Below, piece after piece: positions 24,162 to 38,738 of a stretch of 64,000 bases of DNA. The notes under the pieces were generated by a model. The model was not told the DNA's origin. It was given only the letters and a program-made list of their open reading frames with translations, and searched no databases. The translations under genes were made by a program, and so were the position numbers. The stretch's first letter is position 1, and every line of letters starts with the position of its first letter. The DNA is from Rotaria socialis (Eukaryota), in assembly GCA_905331295.1 (NCBI GenBank), contig CAJNYD010000400.1, forward strand, positions 1-64,000, in the 5' to 3' direction.

Positions 24162-27100
24162 AAACAAAAATATTTTATCTGTGACAAATTGCATGTTTAT
24201 TTTTACATTATCTCTCGCACTTTATTTATTTTTTTAGAATTCTTTTGAGTAACGTCGATATTCTTGGTGTATACATGATTTTATTGTTTTATTGTGAGCG
24301 AAAAAGACATTTTTATTAAGAACAATGAGTACATATTGAAACAATTGCTTCTTTCAAAATAATTGGTCTATATTAGTGAGAAGGTTCTACTTGAAAACGT
24401 TTTTCCTAGCAAAGTATGCATTACTATTATAGTTAAGTTAGGTTCAATGCCACTTTAACAATAAAGATTTTATCTATACTGATTTCAGTTAGTTGTGTTT
24501 TTTCTTGAAAATTCAAACGAATGCTCGTAACATATTAGCTATGGAGATGAAATATGGAAGAAAGAATTGATTATGTGGTAGAGATAAAAAAAATCAAAAT
24601 GTCAATTGAAGTTGAATTTTTCATAGTAATAAACGCATTAAAATGATGTAACATGCAAACTAAAGTAAAAAGGATATTTACTACTATATGGAACTTTTCC
24701 TTGTGTATTTTCAATTGCTCGAGAAGCTTTTTCAAAATGTTCGTTTGATTATATTTATTATAGTGTTCATCAGAAGTATTGTGCACTATTAAAATTGAAG
24801 TAGAAAAGCAAGCATAACAATCTTACTAGAATGATAACATAAATTAATCGGACGTAGAGTATGTTTTATTATTTAAAATAGCCTAGTAATTCTAATTACT
24901 TGATAGAAGATTTATAAGAATGTATGCTAAATGTTATTCTCATTGTTTTTGAATACCTGTATATCCAAAGTATCATTGATCAGATTGTTTAAATGGCTCT
25001 CTTTTAAATAAATACTTATGTTCTGCTATCAGTTCCGTTGAAAATATCAAATGAGTAGTATCAACGATTTGATATTTGGTCAATTTTTCATTAGATGGGA
25101 AGTCGTTGTTGCTGTTGATTACGATTTATCATAAAAGAATCGAATTCTTTTGAATTCATCTTTACAATTTTAAATAATATAATAATATTGCACAGAAAAA
25201 AAAACGAGAACTCTGTGATGCGTGGCATTTCTTTTCGGTAATGGTTGTACGATTGGAAATATCATCAATCTATACGAATATGAGTAGAAATGTGTCAAAA
25301 TATTTCGTTGCATAAAAATGGCCTCTGTTTACTCTGACATTTATTTTTTTCTAACGTAAGAATAAAAATAATAAGGCCTTGAGCACTGTTTTTATCAAGC
25401 ATTAGTAACATATAAGCCAAGTATGAACACAGGGCTCTCGTATTTGGAAGTAAGACATTGAAAATTTAGAAGTAGCATTCCTACGAACAATATTTTAATG
25501 TTCGAGTTCAATCTATGATGATTCATGTTGGACGAGAAGTAATCAGTGATCATTAATATACTATAAAATCATCCTAAATGTTCACAACTTCTTTGTTTTA
25601 CGTAGAAAACTCACCAAGTGTGTTCAATGAATGAATGCGAGATTCGATCAAATTGAAAGTAAACGTTGACTTGAGAAGCAATGCCGTACATAGAGTTCAG
25701 GAGCAGATATCTATTGTAGTCCTATGAAAGATATTCGTGTGAGAAAGTAACAAGTGATTCAAATTAATAACTTTCTGTTCTTAAATAATTGGCTGATTGT
25801 GGTAAGGGAGAAAGTCAACTCGATTTCTCTTTTGTATTGTTCAAGCGTGGCCGCGTTGACTAGGAATCGTTTTCGATTTAATGAATTTTTTAATGTGTCT
25901 AACTTCAATGAGTATTGATTGTTCAATCAGTCAAAATATTCCTTGACTCTATTCGCAGTTCGTTACAGGTAATCAAGAAAATATTTTTTTACTGATTCCA
26001 TCCATTGGGTTAATATTTCTCCAATGCAGTGTGTTATACCTGGCTACTTGCGTCGCAGCGTAGTTAAAAAAATTTAGGTGCAGTAGATGGTTCGAAAAAG
26101 AAGACAATTTCCTACCAATTATATATAGATAAATTCTTATTTCAAAATTATGGAGAAAATTGATGAGAATAGTATATTAGAGAAAATTTCAATATCTATT
26201 GGCAATTCTATGGTTAGTGACTCTTTGATCAGAATTTGTTTTGGCTATGTAATAATCCATTAATGATTAGTCAAAGTTTCTATATTATTATTTTTTGTTC
26301 ATCGCCACTATGTATTCTTGTACATGACATGATAGCATTGGCGCAAACATGTATGACAATAGTACGAATCAAATTGATCGAAGTATTGATCAAATGTAAA
26401 AAGACACGAATATATTTTCCGCATGAATACTTTTATTCGTGGTTGTTTATAGCGGTAGTCATACTGCCGAATCGATCGAAAATAACAGGGCAACTACATT
26501 AACGTCAGTTCTTTTTTGTCTAACCAATTAAATTCGTTGGTTAAATCTATATATATATATATATACATTGGCAAAAAAAGGAACTAATTTTAATAATATG
26601 TCCTTTATGTAAATCAATTATTCAAAGAATAATAAGGAAAATAAAATAATTATTGATAGATGATAAGATCGATGTAAAAAAATTATATTATAGCGATGAC
26701 AAAAAGGAATATATATATATATATATATATGTTTGGTTTTCATATACATATTTATAAAAGATTCGGTATTTGCGAAGATCAACAAGCGAAAACTGTTGCA
26801 ATTATGTCAATGATGGATTTTTTTATTGAGTGCTTCAGTTGAATGAATAACAATTCCATAGAATAAGTTCGAAAAAATATATACGTGATCGAACAAGACA
26901 CAGCAGCAATTTTGCTGAAAAATAAAATATTCAATATTGATAACTATCTTGAAGAAAGATTAAAATCAATGTCGATGTAGTTTGCTTCATTTATCATTGC
27001 ATAGAAAAATGTTTTTTTCGTATTTCAATGACTACTGCCGAGTCAAGAAAAAAACTGTTCGAAATGGCAACATCGGCCGTAACTATTTCAAATAAATAAT

Positions 27101-27416
27101 TTGTCATCGCCGTTGAATCGATGGAGTAAGCGAGAAGGTTGTTGTTCGATACAAATTGTGTATTGTAACGAGATACAGTTAACGCAATACAATTCATATT
27201 TTTCTCTTCAGTTCTTCATAATCACTAAAAATCCACCCACGCATTTGATGTGATGCATGGTAACGCTTCCTTAATATATAATAAACAGTAGGAACAAAAT
27301 GCATACTACATAAGGTGAAGAGCTTTATTGGAAAACAACCGGTTATTTCAACATTCTTTTTTCACGAACCTGTAAACTATTAACTGAATTAAACAATAGA
27401 TTATATTACTTCAAAT

Positions 27417-28007
27417 ATGAACAATTATAATGATAATAGAGATTTAAGCTCATTGCAACTTGAAGAATTAGAATCAGTAGTTGGCATCAATGAAAATCAA
27501 TCGAATAATGAAAGGTCTTTCCCCGAATGTTTCTGGATAAATCAAAATATTAAAAATAAAACAACGATTTATAACGAATCACTGCCTGCTATGTACACGT
27601 TATCCGTAATTAACAACCAAGACTATTCATTATTCAATAATATCATTCAATCTTATGAAGATTCTCATGAACGTTCATTTAATCCTAGAGATTGGTTAAT
27701 TGCTGATTCACTTTCAAGAAGACTACGAGCTCCACGGCAAAACGAATTTCTCTACCGTCTTTTAGAACATCCATGTTATGCATCTTGTCTAACGTGGTTA
27801 AATAGAAATGAAGGTTTATTTAAAATTCATGATCCTGAACGTGTAGCGACACTTTGGTCACGAGTTAAAAATCGAAGAACAAATGGAGTTATGACTTACG
27901 ATAAATTCGCACGTGCATTAAGATTTTATTATAAATCAGGATCAATGATAAAAACACATAAAAAACATACATTCCGTTTTAGACTACCTCTACATAGTGC
28001 CTGTTAA
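27417..28007 (+). CDS. Intronless ETS-domain transcription factor
   Basis: EFLYRLL...LTWLNRNEGLFKIHDPERVATLW...MTYDKFARALRFYY...TFRF is an ETS winged-helix domain. Confidence 0.88.
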   Translation: MNNYNDNRDLSSLQLEELESVVGINENQSNNERSFPECFWINQNIKNKTTIYNESLPAMYTLSVINNQDYSLFNNIIQSYEDSHERSFNPRDWLIADSLSRRLRAPRQNEFLYRLLEHPCYASCLTWLNRNEGLFKIHDPERVATLWSRVKNRRTNGVMTYDKFARALRFYYKSGSMIKTHKKHTFRFRLPLHSAC

Positions 28008-28916
28008 GCAGGCTTTATTATGTTGATAATTATCATCGAAAACTAATAAATAGTTTTGTTTTGTTTATTCTATAAAAAAAGTTGTTTTTTGGAAAAAGTA
28101 GCTTTGCCAATGCAATTAATTGCCAGTTGGAGAAAAACAGTTCCTTTAGTTTAAATTGCCTTACAGTGAATAGGTTATAATTAGTCGAAATTAATGTGAA
28201 AACAATTTTCCAACGATATTTTTTATTATAAAATTGGGTAATTTGAAACAGCGAAGCAATTTTTCTATGTGCGAAGAAACTAACAAATAAACTACGCTGT
28301 TGATGGCAGGTTAAGATAACATACCTGGTTTGTTATGAGAAAGCAAAAACAATGTTCTTGTCAACAGTAGAGTGTATGTTTAGTTGTATAAATAGATATG
28401 AGAGAATAAAATAGAAACCTATTGAATTGAGATGTGTTCATCACGTTGCCAGTCTTCATCGAAAATTCATCAAAATCAATTGAAGACCGGATAAATTAAA
28501 ATCTATTCTCTCTCACTTTAATTAATACTAAGAAAATAATTCCGACCATATGTAATCTTCTGAAAAAAGAAGATCGAATGAATTTTCTATTTTAAAGAGT
28601 ATCCGAGATTTCGAAAACGAAAAACTAACAAAAATTTGAACAAGATATTTTAATAATGTATTTTATATTAATGAAATTGACTATTAAAGATTTTGTGAAA
28701 CGTGAATTTGCTTCCAATAATTTGCACAGTTATAAATGAAAAGAATAGAAATTTGTTTCATGATAATGAAACACCTATAATAGTTAGGAATAACATTGTT
28801 TCTTACTCAATGTGTATTGAACGGCAATAAATATGTACTCAAGTGTTAATTTTCTTTGATCGGTTCAATGCATTTTTAGAAAGGTGATTACTAATAAAAT
28901 TCTGTATACATATAGC

Positions 28917-29852
28917 GGTATTGTGTCGAAATCTCGAAGAAAAAACCTGGAATAAAATAATTTCGAAAAGTTCTTATCTCGAAAACTCGTTGTTAAGAAA
29001 TCAAAAATCTCGACACAAGGAGTTATCGAAAACAAAAGTTTCGAAAAATTAAAACATCGAGGAAAGATATGTTGAATAGGTGGTTGTTCATGATAGTCAT
29101 GATTATAAATATAAGATAGCATGTAGATAAGGATGTGGGAGTTGGCAGAGGCTTAACTTGATCACCAAGACTGGGGACGTAGCGCTCCCATCCGATACTT
29201 TAAAATATCGAAGCAGGGAAAACGTAACGTCTTCGTTCGCATAGATACATCTCTAAAATTCTGCTGACAACAGTTTGTCGATCTTATTTGACCAAATATA
29301 GCAAAATTTTGAAAAGCAGAAGACGTCATCTCTTTTCCATCTTATTCACGTCCCTGGATGTGAGTGCCAGTGAGGATGTTGATCGTCTCCTCATATTCAC
29401 ATCGCATCTATAATCTCAAGAAAATAGTGTTTTTGAAACGGCGGACGAGAACGAGACACGATGAATGAAGATAGATTTTGCGATACAGACGATGTACACA
29501 AAAGAAGAGGAACAAGAAGAATCGCTTGTGAACATAGACCGTCAGACCAGACTAAATAAAAAAAAGCACACGTCATACTGACATCTATTTTAATTGACCA
29601 AGTGATCGTAGAGTAAGGGGGCATGTTTCATGATGCCCTTTTCTAAAATGCGATGTAGAAAAGTTTGAATTTTTATGTTCGAAATTTCATTTTTTTCTGG
29701 ATTCTGTTTTTTGTGGTGTTACTTTTTCGGGATTTCCTCTTTCGAAATAGTTTTTTCGAGATTATCTATTTTCGGGATTTTGTCTTTCAAGATTTGTTTT
29801 TCGAAATTTCTGCTTTCAAAAAACTTTCTTTCGAGTTTTGAACAGCAATTCC
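28917..29852. mobile_element. Degenerate foldback/MULE-like non-autonomous element
   Basis: Oppositely oriented arrays of ~15-bp tcgaaa-containing repeats at 28920-29060 and 29660-29850. Termini ggtattgtgtcgaaatctcga / tcgagttttgaacagcaattcc; similar flanks atatagc / atataac. Confidence 0.5.
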
Positions 29853-31191
29853 ATATAACAAGCTGGATATTATTGAATGATTTCTATGTGCTACTTGTTT
29901 TGAAGCTTCACCGAAAAAAGTTGTCATGGCCCTTGATGGTTTTTTCTCAGTTCTATTTTGTATTGAACAGTTTTTATTTGTTGTACTATGATGAATGCAA
30001 TCACTGTACGAAATTCTTAAATATAAAATATATCATTAATATTGAGCCTTTACAGCTTAATTCGATGCCTTCGAATCTAATTTTTAATGTAAATTTTGTT
30101 TTCTGTATCAAAACATCACCTTCAAGTATTTCTAAATAAACTTAATCAGCAAAACAAATCGGCTAGCCTGTGCGAAAAGAAAATCTTAATGTGTATTCAC
30201 CGTAGGTACATTAAAATGCAAGTGACAGACGACGCCGTGATAATAAATAAATCATATTTATTTAATATTGTCTGTCCCATTAAAGATGAAACCAGATTTT
30301 CTGATTAGCTATGACTTTCGATGTTTTGGGGTATTTCTATTAAAAAAACAAGGGTGATGGAGAAACTGATCCGTCATTTCGAATATGTAGACAGTACGTA
30401 TAAATATTTTAGATATTGCTCGCACAGAACCACCTATCAAAACCAGCGATAGATGATGAATTAACGAATAACATGCATTTCTAAGATGAAATTTGAAAAT
30501 AGCAGATCGTTGAAACGCCTATATAAGCTTCATAAGGTCTTATGATCAGTCATGAAAATGTGAAACACTGCTCATATTTATTCATTTTTCGACAATGAGC
30601 GTAGCGATTGGGTATAAAAGCGAGCGAGGATTTCTACTCTATCAAACTTATAATCAATTTTTACTGAATTTTTCTCATTCGTAGGTATTCAAAACGAAGA
30701 TGTGATTATAAAATGTAGAATTTCTTTGGCCGATAAATGCTTTTGAAAAGATAAATAACTGTTTTTCTCGTATTCTACACTATGTTACTTTCAATCATTG
30801 ATTATCTGCAAATTCAAACCAATAAGTCATGTTTGTTGTCGAGCGAATCTTTCTTTTTCTTTTTCTTTTCATGACTCAAGCAGTATATTTCTGCTCTCTA
30901 TCTATTTTTCTCTCATCATGACATTAACGTACAAAACATTAATCTAGTCTGCTTATCGAAAATACATTCTATTTTAAAGTATGTACAACGTACTGATTTT
31001 TTTGTCACTTGGTACATTTGAATACTTTATTTGGCTAAAAATCATAATTGTCGTTATATCAGTATGATATCAGTTCGTCATAAATTTAGCTTCGTTAGTA
31101 TAAAAACACTCAAGAATATCAAAGCCTCACCAGTGGCCTTCAATGCTATATTGATACTCATTGAATTCTGTATTTTTGTATCAACATAAAA

Positions 31192-31848
31192 ATGTGTGGC
31201 GAACAAGAATCACCAATCCAGTCACCTTTCACAGTTGATTCATTGGAAACACTATTTGAATATATTGATTCAATTGATTTAAATGAACTGAATTTCGATG
31301 GAAACAACGAAGAAGAAATTAACGAAATGTATAGATATTTATTATCAATAGATATGCATCCTTCAGAGCAGTCACCAGCGATTTATGATCCAGCAACAAC
31401 TTTTCAAGAACTCGTGGACAATCAACAATCGCCTCCAATGCGCCACCGAGAATCGCCTCCAGTGTGCCATCAACAATCACCTCCAATGTGGAGCAGTGTT
31501 GCAAATATGAATGAAAATGAGCCTGCAGCGTCTTTTGATCGTAGCTATTTCCTGATTAATGATACCGAAGCATCTAAAATTCGACCTCCAAAATTGTGCG
31601 AATTTCTTCTATTGATTCTCAATAATCCAATTTATCATTCGTATGCATCTTGGATCGACGATGATAGTGGCGTATTCAAAATTCATGAGCCAGAAAAACT
31701 TGCTAGTCTTTGGCGAAGAGTTAAAATACGTCAAACTAGTGGATTGATGGATTATGAAACATTTTCACGTAGTATTCGTTATTACTACAAATCTGGTCTA
31801 ATGCTTCGAACACACAAAAGACATACCTATCGATTTGCGAAGAAATGA
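31192..31848 (+). CDS. Intronless ETS-domain transcription factor, paralog
   Basis: KLCEFLLLIL...SWIDDDSGVFKIHEPEKLASLW...MDYETFSRSIRYYY...TYRF. TATAAAA near 31099. Confidence 0.88.
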   Translation: MCGEQESPIQSPFTVDSLETLFEYIDSIDLNELNFDGNNEEEINEMYRYLLSIDMHPSEQSPAIYDPATTFQELVDNQQSPPMRHRESPPVCHQQSPPMWSSVANMNENEPAASFDRSYFLINDTEASKIRPPKLCEFLLLILNNPIYHSYASWIDDDSGVFKIHEPEKLASLWRRVKIRQTSGLMDYETFSRSIRYYYKSGLMLRTHKRHTYRFAKK

Positions 31849-32116
31849 AATTTTTAATGAACTTTTCTATATGCTAAGCTGGCCGATTTTTGTTTTTATA
31901 TTAATCACTGCATCCCAAAAGCCAGTCTTTTTTCTATTTATTTTAGCGGACAATATGTTTTTTTATAATACGAAAATTGAAATTTCTGTGTGATGCAAGA
32001 CAGACACTTGAATAAATTTTAAATAAACAAGTATTTTATTTGATTCGATTGATTCGAATCTTATTTAATTAGAGTTCACTTTCTGCACACTCGATCGAAT
32101 AAGACTCAATGGCAAT

Positions 32117-32199
32117 CAAGGGGGGAAAAGCGCGACTTCCGTACTTCCATTTACTCCCATCGTACTTCGAAGTACAGAAGTCGCGCTTTTTCCCTCTTG
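32117..32199. mobile_element. Tiny hAT-like MITE (hairpin)
   Basis: ~31-bp TIR caaggggggaaaagcgcgacttccgtacttc / gaagtacagaagtcgcgctttttccctcttg; degenerate 8-bp flanks atggcaat / gtgataat. Confidence 0.65.
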
Positions 32200-33949
32200 G
32201 TGATAATACAATCATTTCGCTGATTCGTTGAATTACAAGAGCATCGGCAAAAAAAGTTTAGTTACGGGTTGAATTAGAAATAATTGCAATCTATTCAGTC
32301 AGTATTTGATAATTTCGGAAGATATCTGTAATTTAAACAGAACTTATCATCATTCTGTGTTATGCCGAATAACAAAATATCTTGCTATTCCATTTGTGTA
32401 CTGGTTAAACAATACCCGATCGGGATAAAACATGTCGAATGAAAAATTTCGATTAAAATAATTGTGGAAAAAATCCAAACAGATTAAATGAGACAATTGA
32501 ACTGAAGGTTATATTTATATAATTTGCAACCATACTATTGACTAAATAATATTTCATGACGCCTAGTTATATATATATGGTCAGACAAAGTCACCAGATT
32601 AGAATAGTAATTAAGAAATTATAATCCATTTCGTTTATTAGTTGACAATGAAAAGCTTAGTCTCGAATGTGCCATGAAAGGCAACAGTCATATTCTATGG
32701 TTTTGCCTATTTTCATACATACACCATGTTTTCGATTGTTTCTTACTTACGAAAAGACTCTATATGTTTACAATTATCCAAGGTTACCAAGTGATTTCTA
32801 CCTATAAATTGTTTTGTATCTATTTAACTTTTCTTCAACAAGACTTTATTTTTATTAGAAAGCTTTCTAGTTAATTTTCTGTTATAATAATTCTTTTCAC
32901 ATTTTATTTCAAGACATCTACTCTACGCTACGATATCAAACATATTTTATTAACATCGAATTTTGATGAATACTTTTTTTCTGGAAGTTCAAAATGAAAT
33001 TAAAGATAGCAGAGTAGAATAGAGAATAGAGAATAAAATAAATAACTTGTAGAGAGCAAAAAACGATTTGAACGTAACTAAAAGAGAATCTATAACGAAA
33101 CACAACAATATTCTTTTTCGTTGACAGGGCTAGTCGAATCGTATCCTATCCTAATGAAGGTTGTCTTATAGGCTTTTGCTTTGAATCGAAACACGTACAA
33201 ATTTTTGCTTGTACTGACTAGACACATGACTTTTCTCATGTTTACAAATAAAATCTGAAACGATAATATCTATTATCGGCAGACTATTTAACGAAATGTG
33301 AAGTCAATCATCCATATATATAAATATATATTCTACGATAATTAATATCATAAGGTGACAAAACACGTCATGCAATTCACGAAAATATTATACGACCGTG
33401 ACGTAAATATTTAGACAGTGTTGGCCGATGAAAAAAAGCGATTAAAGACAAAATTTCAGATATTGAAAAATTATCAATAATGATTTTCAAAAACTGAAAT
33501 GAATGTGTCATTAGCTTCATTCATTTCTGCATGTCATGAAAACAGAAGCGTACATGACTAGTTTTCTATAAATAAACTCAGTCTAATAAATGGTTGCTTC
33601 GATGATACTTCTTTTTTATTAATGATATTTATGCGTTATCTCGAGTAAAATTAGGTGCTATTCAACTGTGATTTGTAATCTCGAAGTTTCATAAATGCCG
33701 ATGATCAATAAAAGAATAGACTTCATGTCGAATATAAAAATAGAATGACTCATTTTGAGATTCTCACTAAGAGAATTGTGTATCATTTTAATTTTGAATA
33801 ATGAAAAACATTCACTTCATATTATTTAGTATTTTTGCACGACTTTCTGTAAGAATATGGAGCACACCAGAGCCCCAAGCTGGCCACGTCTTCGAGACCT
33901 GTGGACCTGTCAGCATTTTATAGCTAAAACAAAAATGATGAGAGACTAG

Positions 33950-34189
33950 AAACTAGAGGTACATACAGAGCACCGAGTGTGCTTTTATACCTGGAGGTAA
34001 CCGACCTGTCATAGGCACAGGCCGCGAATTTCGGACCACTACTTATCAGAGGTTCAAGCGATTTTTGGCCTGTTGGCCTGTCTGAACTTGCCAGATTCAC
34101 TTCTCAGAAAATCGTGGTTCATGCCTATGATAAGCGGGTTATCTCCAGGTATAAAAGCACACTCGGTGCTCTGTATGTACCTCTAGTTT
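33950..34189. repeat. Inverted-repeat element abutting an assembly gap
   Basis: ~50-bp near-perfect inverted arms aaactagaggtacatacagagcaccgagtgtgcttttatacctggag. Confidence 0.7.
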
Positions 34190-34208
34190 NNNNNNNNNNN
34201 NNNNNNNN
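34190..34208. other. Assembly gap (N run)
   Basis: Run of n. Confidence 0.98.
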
Positions 34209-34390
34209 GGCGCAGTTATGCGTAACTGTGATTTTTCCCCCGTAACTACGCGTAACTGCGATTTTTTCATCGTAGTTGCGCGTAACTACGTCGCAATTAC
34301 GGGTCACAGTGCGATCGCAGTTACGGCGTAACTGCGCCGCAGTTACGGCGTAACTGCGCCGCAGTTTCATCGTAATGAAACACATGGGTA
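34209..34390. repeat. cgtaact/agttacg-rich repeat, probable MITE end
   Basis: Repeated cgtaactg and cagttacg units ending in cacatgggta. Confidence 0.55.
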
Positions 34391-35343
34391 CTCTTAAAAA
34401 TAGTATTTCTATAAATGAAAACTGATTTTTACAATAGAAAATGTTGAAAATTACCTTCTTCTTTATTTGTGAGACTTCTACCATTGCAAGTTTGTCAAAA
34501 TTTATTGTTCGATAATAAACGAGGATTAATACACGTTCGTAAACTTTATTATAATAAGCATAATACCATATTTGATAGTGAAAACTATGATATTTATATT
34601 CATTTTTACCTAAGGATCTTTTCAAACTCGAGCAATCAGGTTAGAATACCTCACAGGGCGATCACAGCTTATTCAGCTGCCCACGTGAATGAATCCGACA
34701 ATCACTCCTATCGGATCTCAAGGGATCCGGCAAGCCGACAAAATCCGATCGAATTCCGAGTCACTAGATTTTCATTGGAGTCTTAACGGTGATCAGTTGT
34801 TCTTCTGTTGCCTTTCTATGACAATATCTAAACGGTTTTTTTTATATGATAGGTAAAAATAGATATTAATGCCCATAATCATCATCGAATATAATTCAGA
34901 AACGTTCATATCTTATAATCAAGACTAAAATAGATGATTCAGACACACCGTCGAAACTCACAGAACTGTTACTTGAATCATTTCAATGACGTAACCAATA
35001 GATTTTTTCTTTAGAAATAATTGTTGGGAACATTTTCAATACCCTTTATTAGATTACTATCATTTTGTTTTTTGTTGATTGATCGGCCTATTATTGTTTT
35101 ATTTTATTTCAAATTCATTTATTTGTCAAATTCAAGTGCACTAATGTTTACTTTTGTTGCTCTCATTAGAATAGAAATCACATAAGAAATAACATTTCGA
35201 ATCAACAGAATAAGCTACGAATAGTTTTTATTGAAGAAGAAAACAAAAAAAACCGCAACAATAATAAAAGAGCCAGAGCAAAAACAATGAAAAGTGTATA
35301 AATATGTTTAATCAATCAAGTCGGTTTTATAACCAATAAATAT

Positions 35344-38312
35344 TTATGATTGACCACGATTCTCTTCTTTTTTCACCTTGTATATACGCACAAGCCAATG
35401 TTCGGTTGTATATGCTTCTTCTAATTTTTCTAATTCAAAATTTTTATTACCAATTTCAACTGATCTTGTACGATCATAACCAGGTGGTTTATCTAAATTT
35501 TTATAATAATAAAAATTTACAACTTTCTAAACATTCACAAAATTACCTTGTTCAGTATAGGTTTCACCGAATCGATAATAAGATAATTTATACATTAAAC
35601 AATTAAGTAATGTTGGTGAACCTTCTTTATCCACACGAAATTCTCCTTGTGGTGTAAAATAGTCACTTTCCTTAATATGAGCTCCTTTATCTGTGGAACC
35701 ACCAATACGAACCATCCATAAAAATTTATTTATATCATCAGATGAATAACCAATTAAACCACCAAATATAACCAAGACATAATCAACATCAAGTTCACGC
35801 ATTATTTCATAAGCTTTATCTTCTGTTGATGACATAGCCTAAACCAAACAAAAACAAGAGTGCATTTTAAAATCATTCTTCAGCAAAATAACGTTTCCAT
35901 AGACGAATATACATTTAGGCAACTTAACTCAGAGAAATATCACTAAAATGTTAACTAATTTTTGGAGTCTATTGTCGACTGAAAAGTTTCTTCATTGAGT
36001 CTATATTTTTTTCTCTTATCACTAGAGATATTCATGAATTAACATTTAATTTAAAGCAACTACAAAAATCCATCGACTATTTTTATTTTTACTTCGGAAT
36101 CATAGTTTACCTGTCCAACTCGACTAATATGTGTATTATTCCATGTATTGTTATCGACTAAAATTGTCCTATTAGCCATAGCAGTTATTTGATATCCATA
36201 ATCCCACCATGACATAACTTTGGCATCCTATAAAATTCAAACATGATTATAACAAAATAAATATCTATGCAAACACTAACTTCATCTGTATTATATCTTA
36301 ACCACCAATATGCTTCACGAAAATCATCAAATATATACCGTGATCCGTCACCGCCACGAGCTGATAAAACAATCGATGGTGATGAATAAGCTTCACTTGT
36401 AACCCATGTACAATGGAAAACATAGGTTATCAAGAAAAATGTCATCAAACAAACAACACCAAATGCAATTTCATTTTTTCTTGGATATGTCGATGAATCA
36501 TCAGTACGACGTGATCGTGAACCTGCACTGGCAGTACCTGCAGATTTCTTCGGTTGACTTACATCCAAATTGCGCATATAAGTTGTTAAAATACTCGATA
36601 TACCAATACCAGATAGAACACACATAACAGGTGCAAGTACTAACATTAAACGAACCATAACACCCTTAAAACAAAGATAATTTATTTGCCAGAAAATAAA
36701 TTTTTTTCTTTAATTATCTCACAGCAAAATAGATTGATGTCATTCCATATATAATAATAAAGATATTGGCATCAGTTAATTCTTTGAAACAATAGTAGAT
36801 TCCAACTAGAATTTAAAAAAATCAAGCTTAGAAAATAAAAGAAGCAAATCATTTCAGTCATACCTGGAAACATGAAAACAAGTAATTCAAAATCAAAAAA
36901 GAAACTTGACCAAGCTGTCGGCTGATGTTCACTAACACTAGCAATAATAGGAATGTGATTTTTAGCATAGGATGGATCCAATAAGGCATAAAATCGACCA
37001 GTCCATGGTGCAATTTCTAAATAAAAACAAATTCTCTTATTAATAATCATATAAAATATTTAGGAAGTTTAAATGTGTGAAAATATTAAACGAACATATC
37101 TTTTCTTTTTCTATCTCTTCTTATCTAATTAATGAAACAATATTGATTATAATTCTTACTTCCACTAGCCCATAAAACTAATCCAGCAACACTAAGAGCA
37201 AAACCGACTGTAACAAGTGCAAATGAAAAAAGTGCATCGAATTGTGCTTGTGTCAATTTTGATTTTACATATTCAACAAATGAAAATAATTGACATAAAC
37301 CAAATGTTCCAAATGCCTAAACAAAGATAACATTTGAAAACAAGATTATCATTTAATTACAATCTTACAAGCATATGTTCGCTCGATTGTACTGGTTGAA
37401 ATCCAACAAATGAAATTTGCATCGATAAAATTGTTCCCATAATATAGAACTGTAAAATATACAATAAAAATCTTAAAAATTCAAACAAATGAAAACTATT
37501 TACAGTTGAATATGAAACATAAATTCTATGTGAAAAATGGCCCGTAAACATCAATGCTAAAACGTGTAGTGGTATTAAATTGATTAAAAAGACATAACCA
37601 CCCCATGATGAAACCATATAAAAATAAGCCAATGCACATGATGCTGACCACATAATAGAGCCGGTTTTAATTGCTTTTATCCATAAATAGTATGTTAATA
37701 ACATACAAAATATGGCGATACCTTCATTATCATATGATCCAGCAACTGAACGTGAAATATAACCGGGTACAATCGATATGAGACATGCAGCGACAAGGCC
37801 AGCACTTGTATTCTAAATAATAACATGAACATATTTTTACTAAAGAATTAAATTAAATTAATTTTTACCTTCAGTTCTTTTGTTAATAAATAGGTGACAA
37901 TAACAGTAAAACTGGAAAATAATGGTGCCAGAAAAACGCAAACATTACGTATATCAATTGTAATATGAAACCAACGTAATGCATGATAAAGAGCAGCCGA
38001 TGTGACCATTAAACCAGGATAAATTGTACCACCGATGATACGTCCCAATGGATACCATGCTCGATCGTCAAACCAATTATGAAATGAATAAAAGCCTTCG
38101 TCAGTTAGAAATTTTGTTGTACGATAGTTAAAATATGGATCGAACTCATGAATAACTGATTCATAACGTAAAACAGAGAATAAACGTGTAGCAAATGCTA
38201 ATATACCAGCCGAAGCTAAGATAAATAATTTCAAAAATGTTTCTTGCTTATCATACGATAATTTTTGCGGTAAAAGTTGTTTGAAAGGGAGAATAGATGT
38301 AAATGCATCCAT
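35344..38312 (-). CDS. STT3A: Oligosaccharyltransferase catalytic subunit STT3A (multi-exon)
   Basis: [40 protein letters not shown] (A-type); [27 protein letters not shown]-terminal [17 protein letters not shown]. Confidence 0.95.
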
Positions 38313-38738
38313 TTTCTAAAAAATTAAATTGAAGAATAAAAGAATTCAATAGGACAAATATTTATTAACGTATTATTTAAATAAAGTTTTTATAAGTATT
38401 CATTAGAAGTGTTTAAGACCAAAATAATAAAAAAAATAGCAAGTCGCAGATGTTGGTTTGCTTTCTCTGTTCTCTGATTCGTTCGTTCGTTTGAAAACGT
38501 GGACAACAGCAAAAAGGCATCAGATGGATGGAGATTAGATGCAGTGACGTGTTCGTTATATGGATTGTGCCTCCCTCTATTCGAATCATTTATCAAAAAT
38601 TATATTGTTTTTGTAATCATTTTATAAATGAATATTTTTTAAAAAGTATTTTATCAAGAAAAGAAATTAAAATGGAGTCTCTCACTGGACGTAGATAATA
38701 GTGAAACGACACTTATGGCAGCAGTAATCACACTTCAT

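Noticed and set aside
29675..30139. 154-aa Phe/Ser-rich ORF
   Set aside because: Translation of a T-rich repeat arm.
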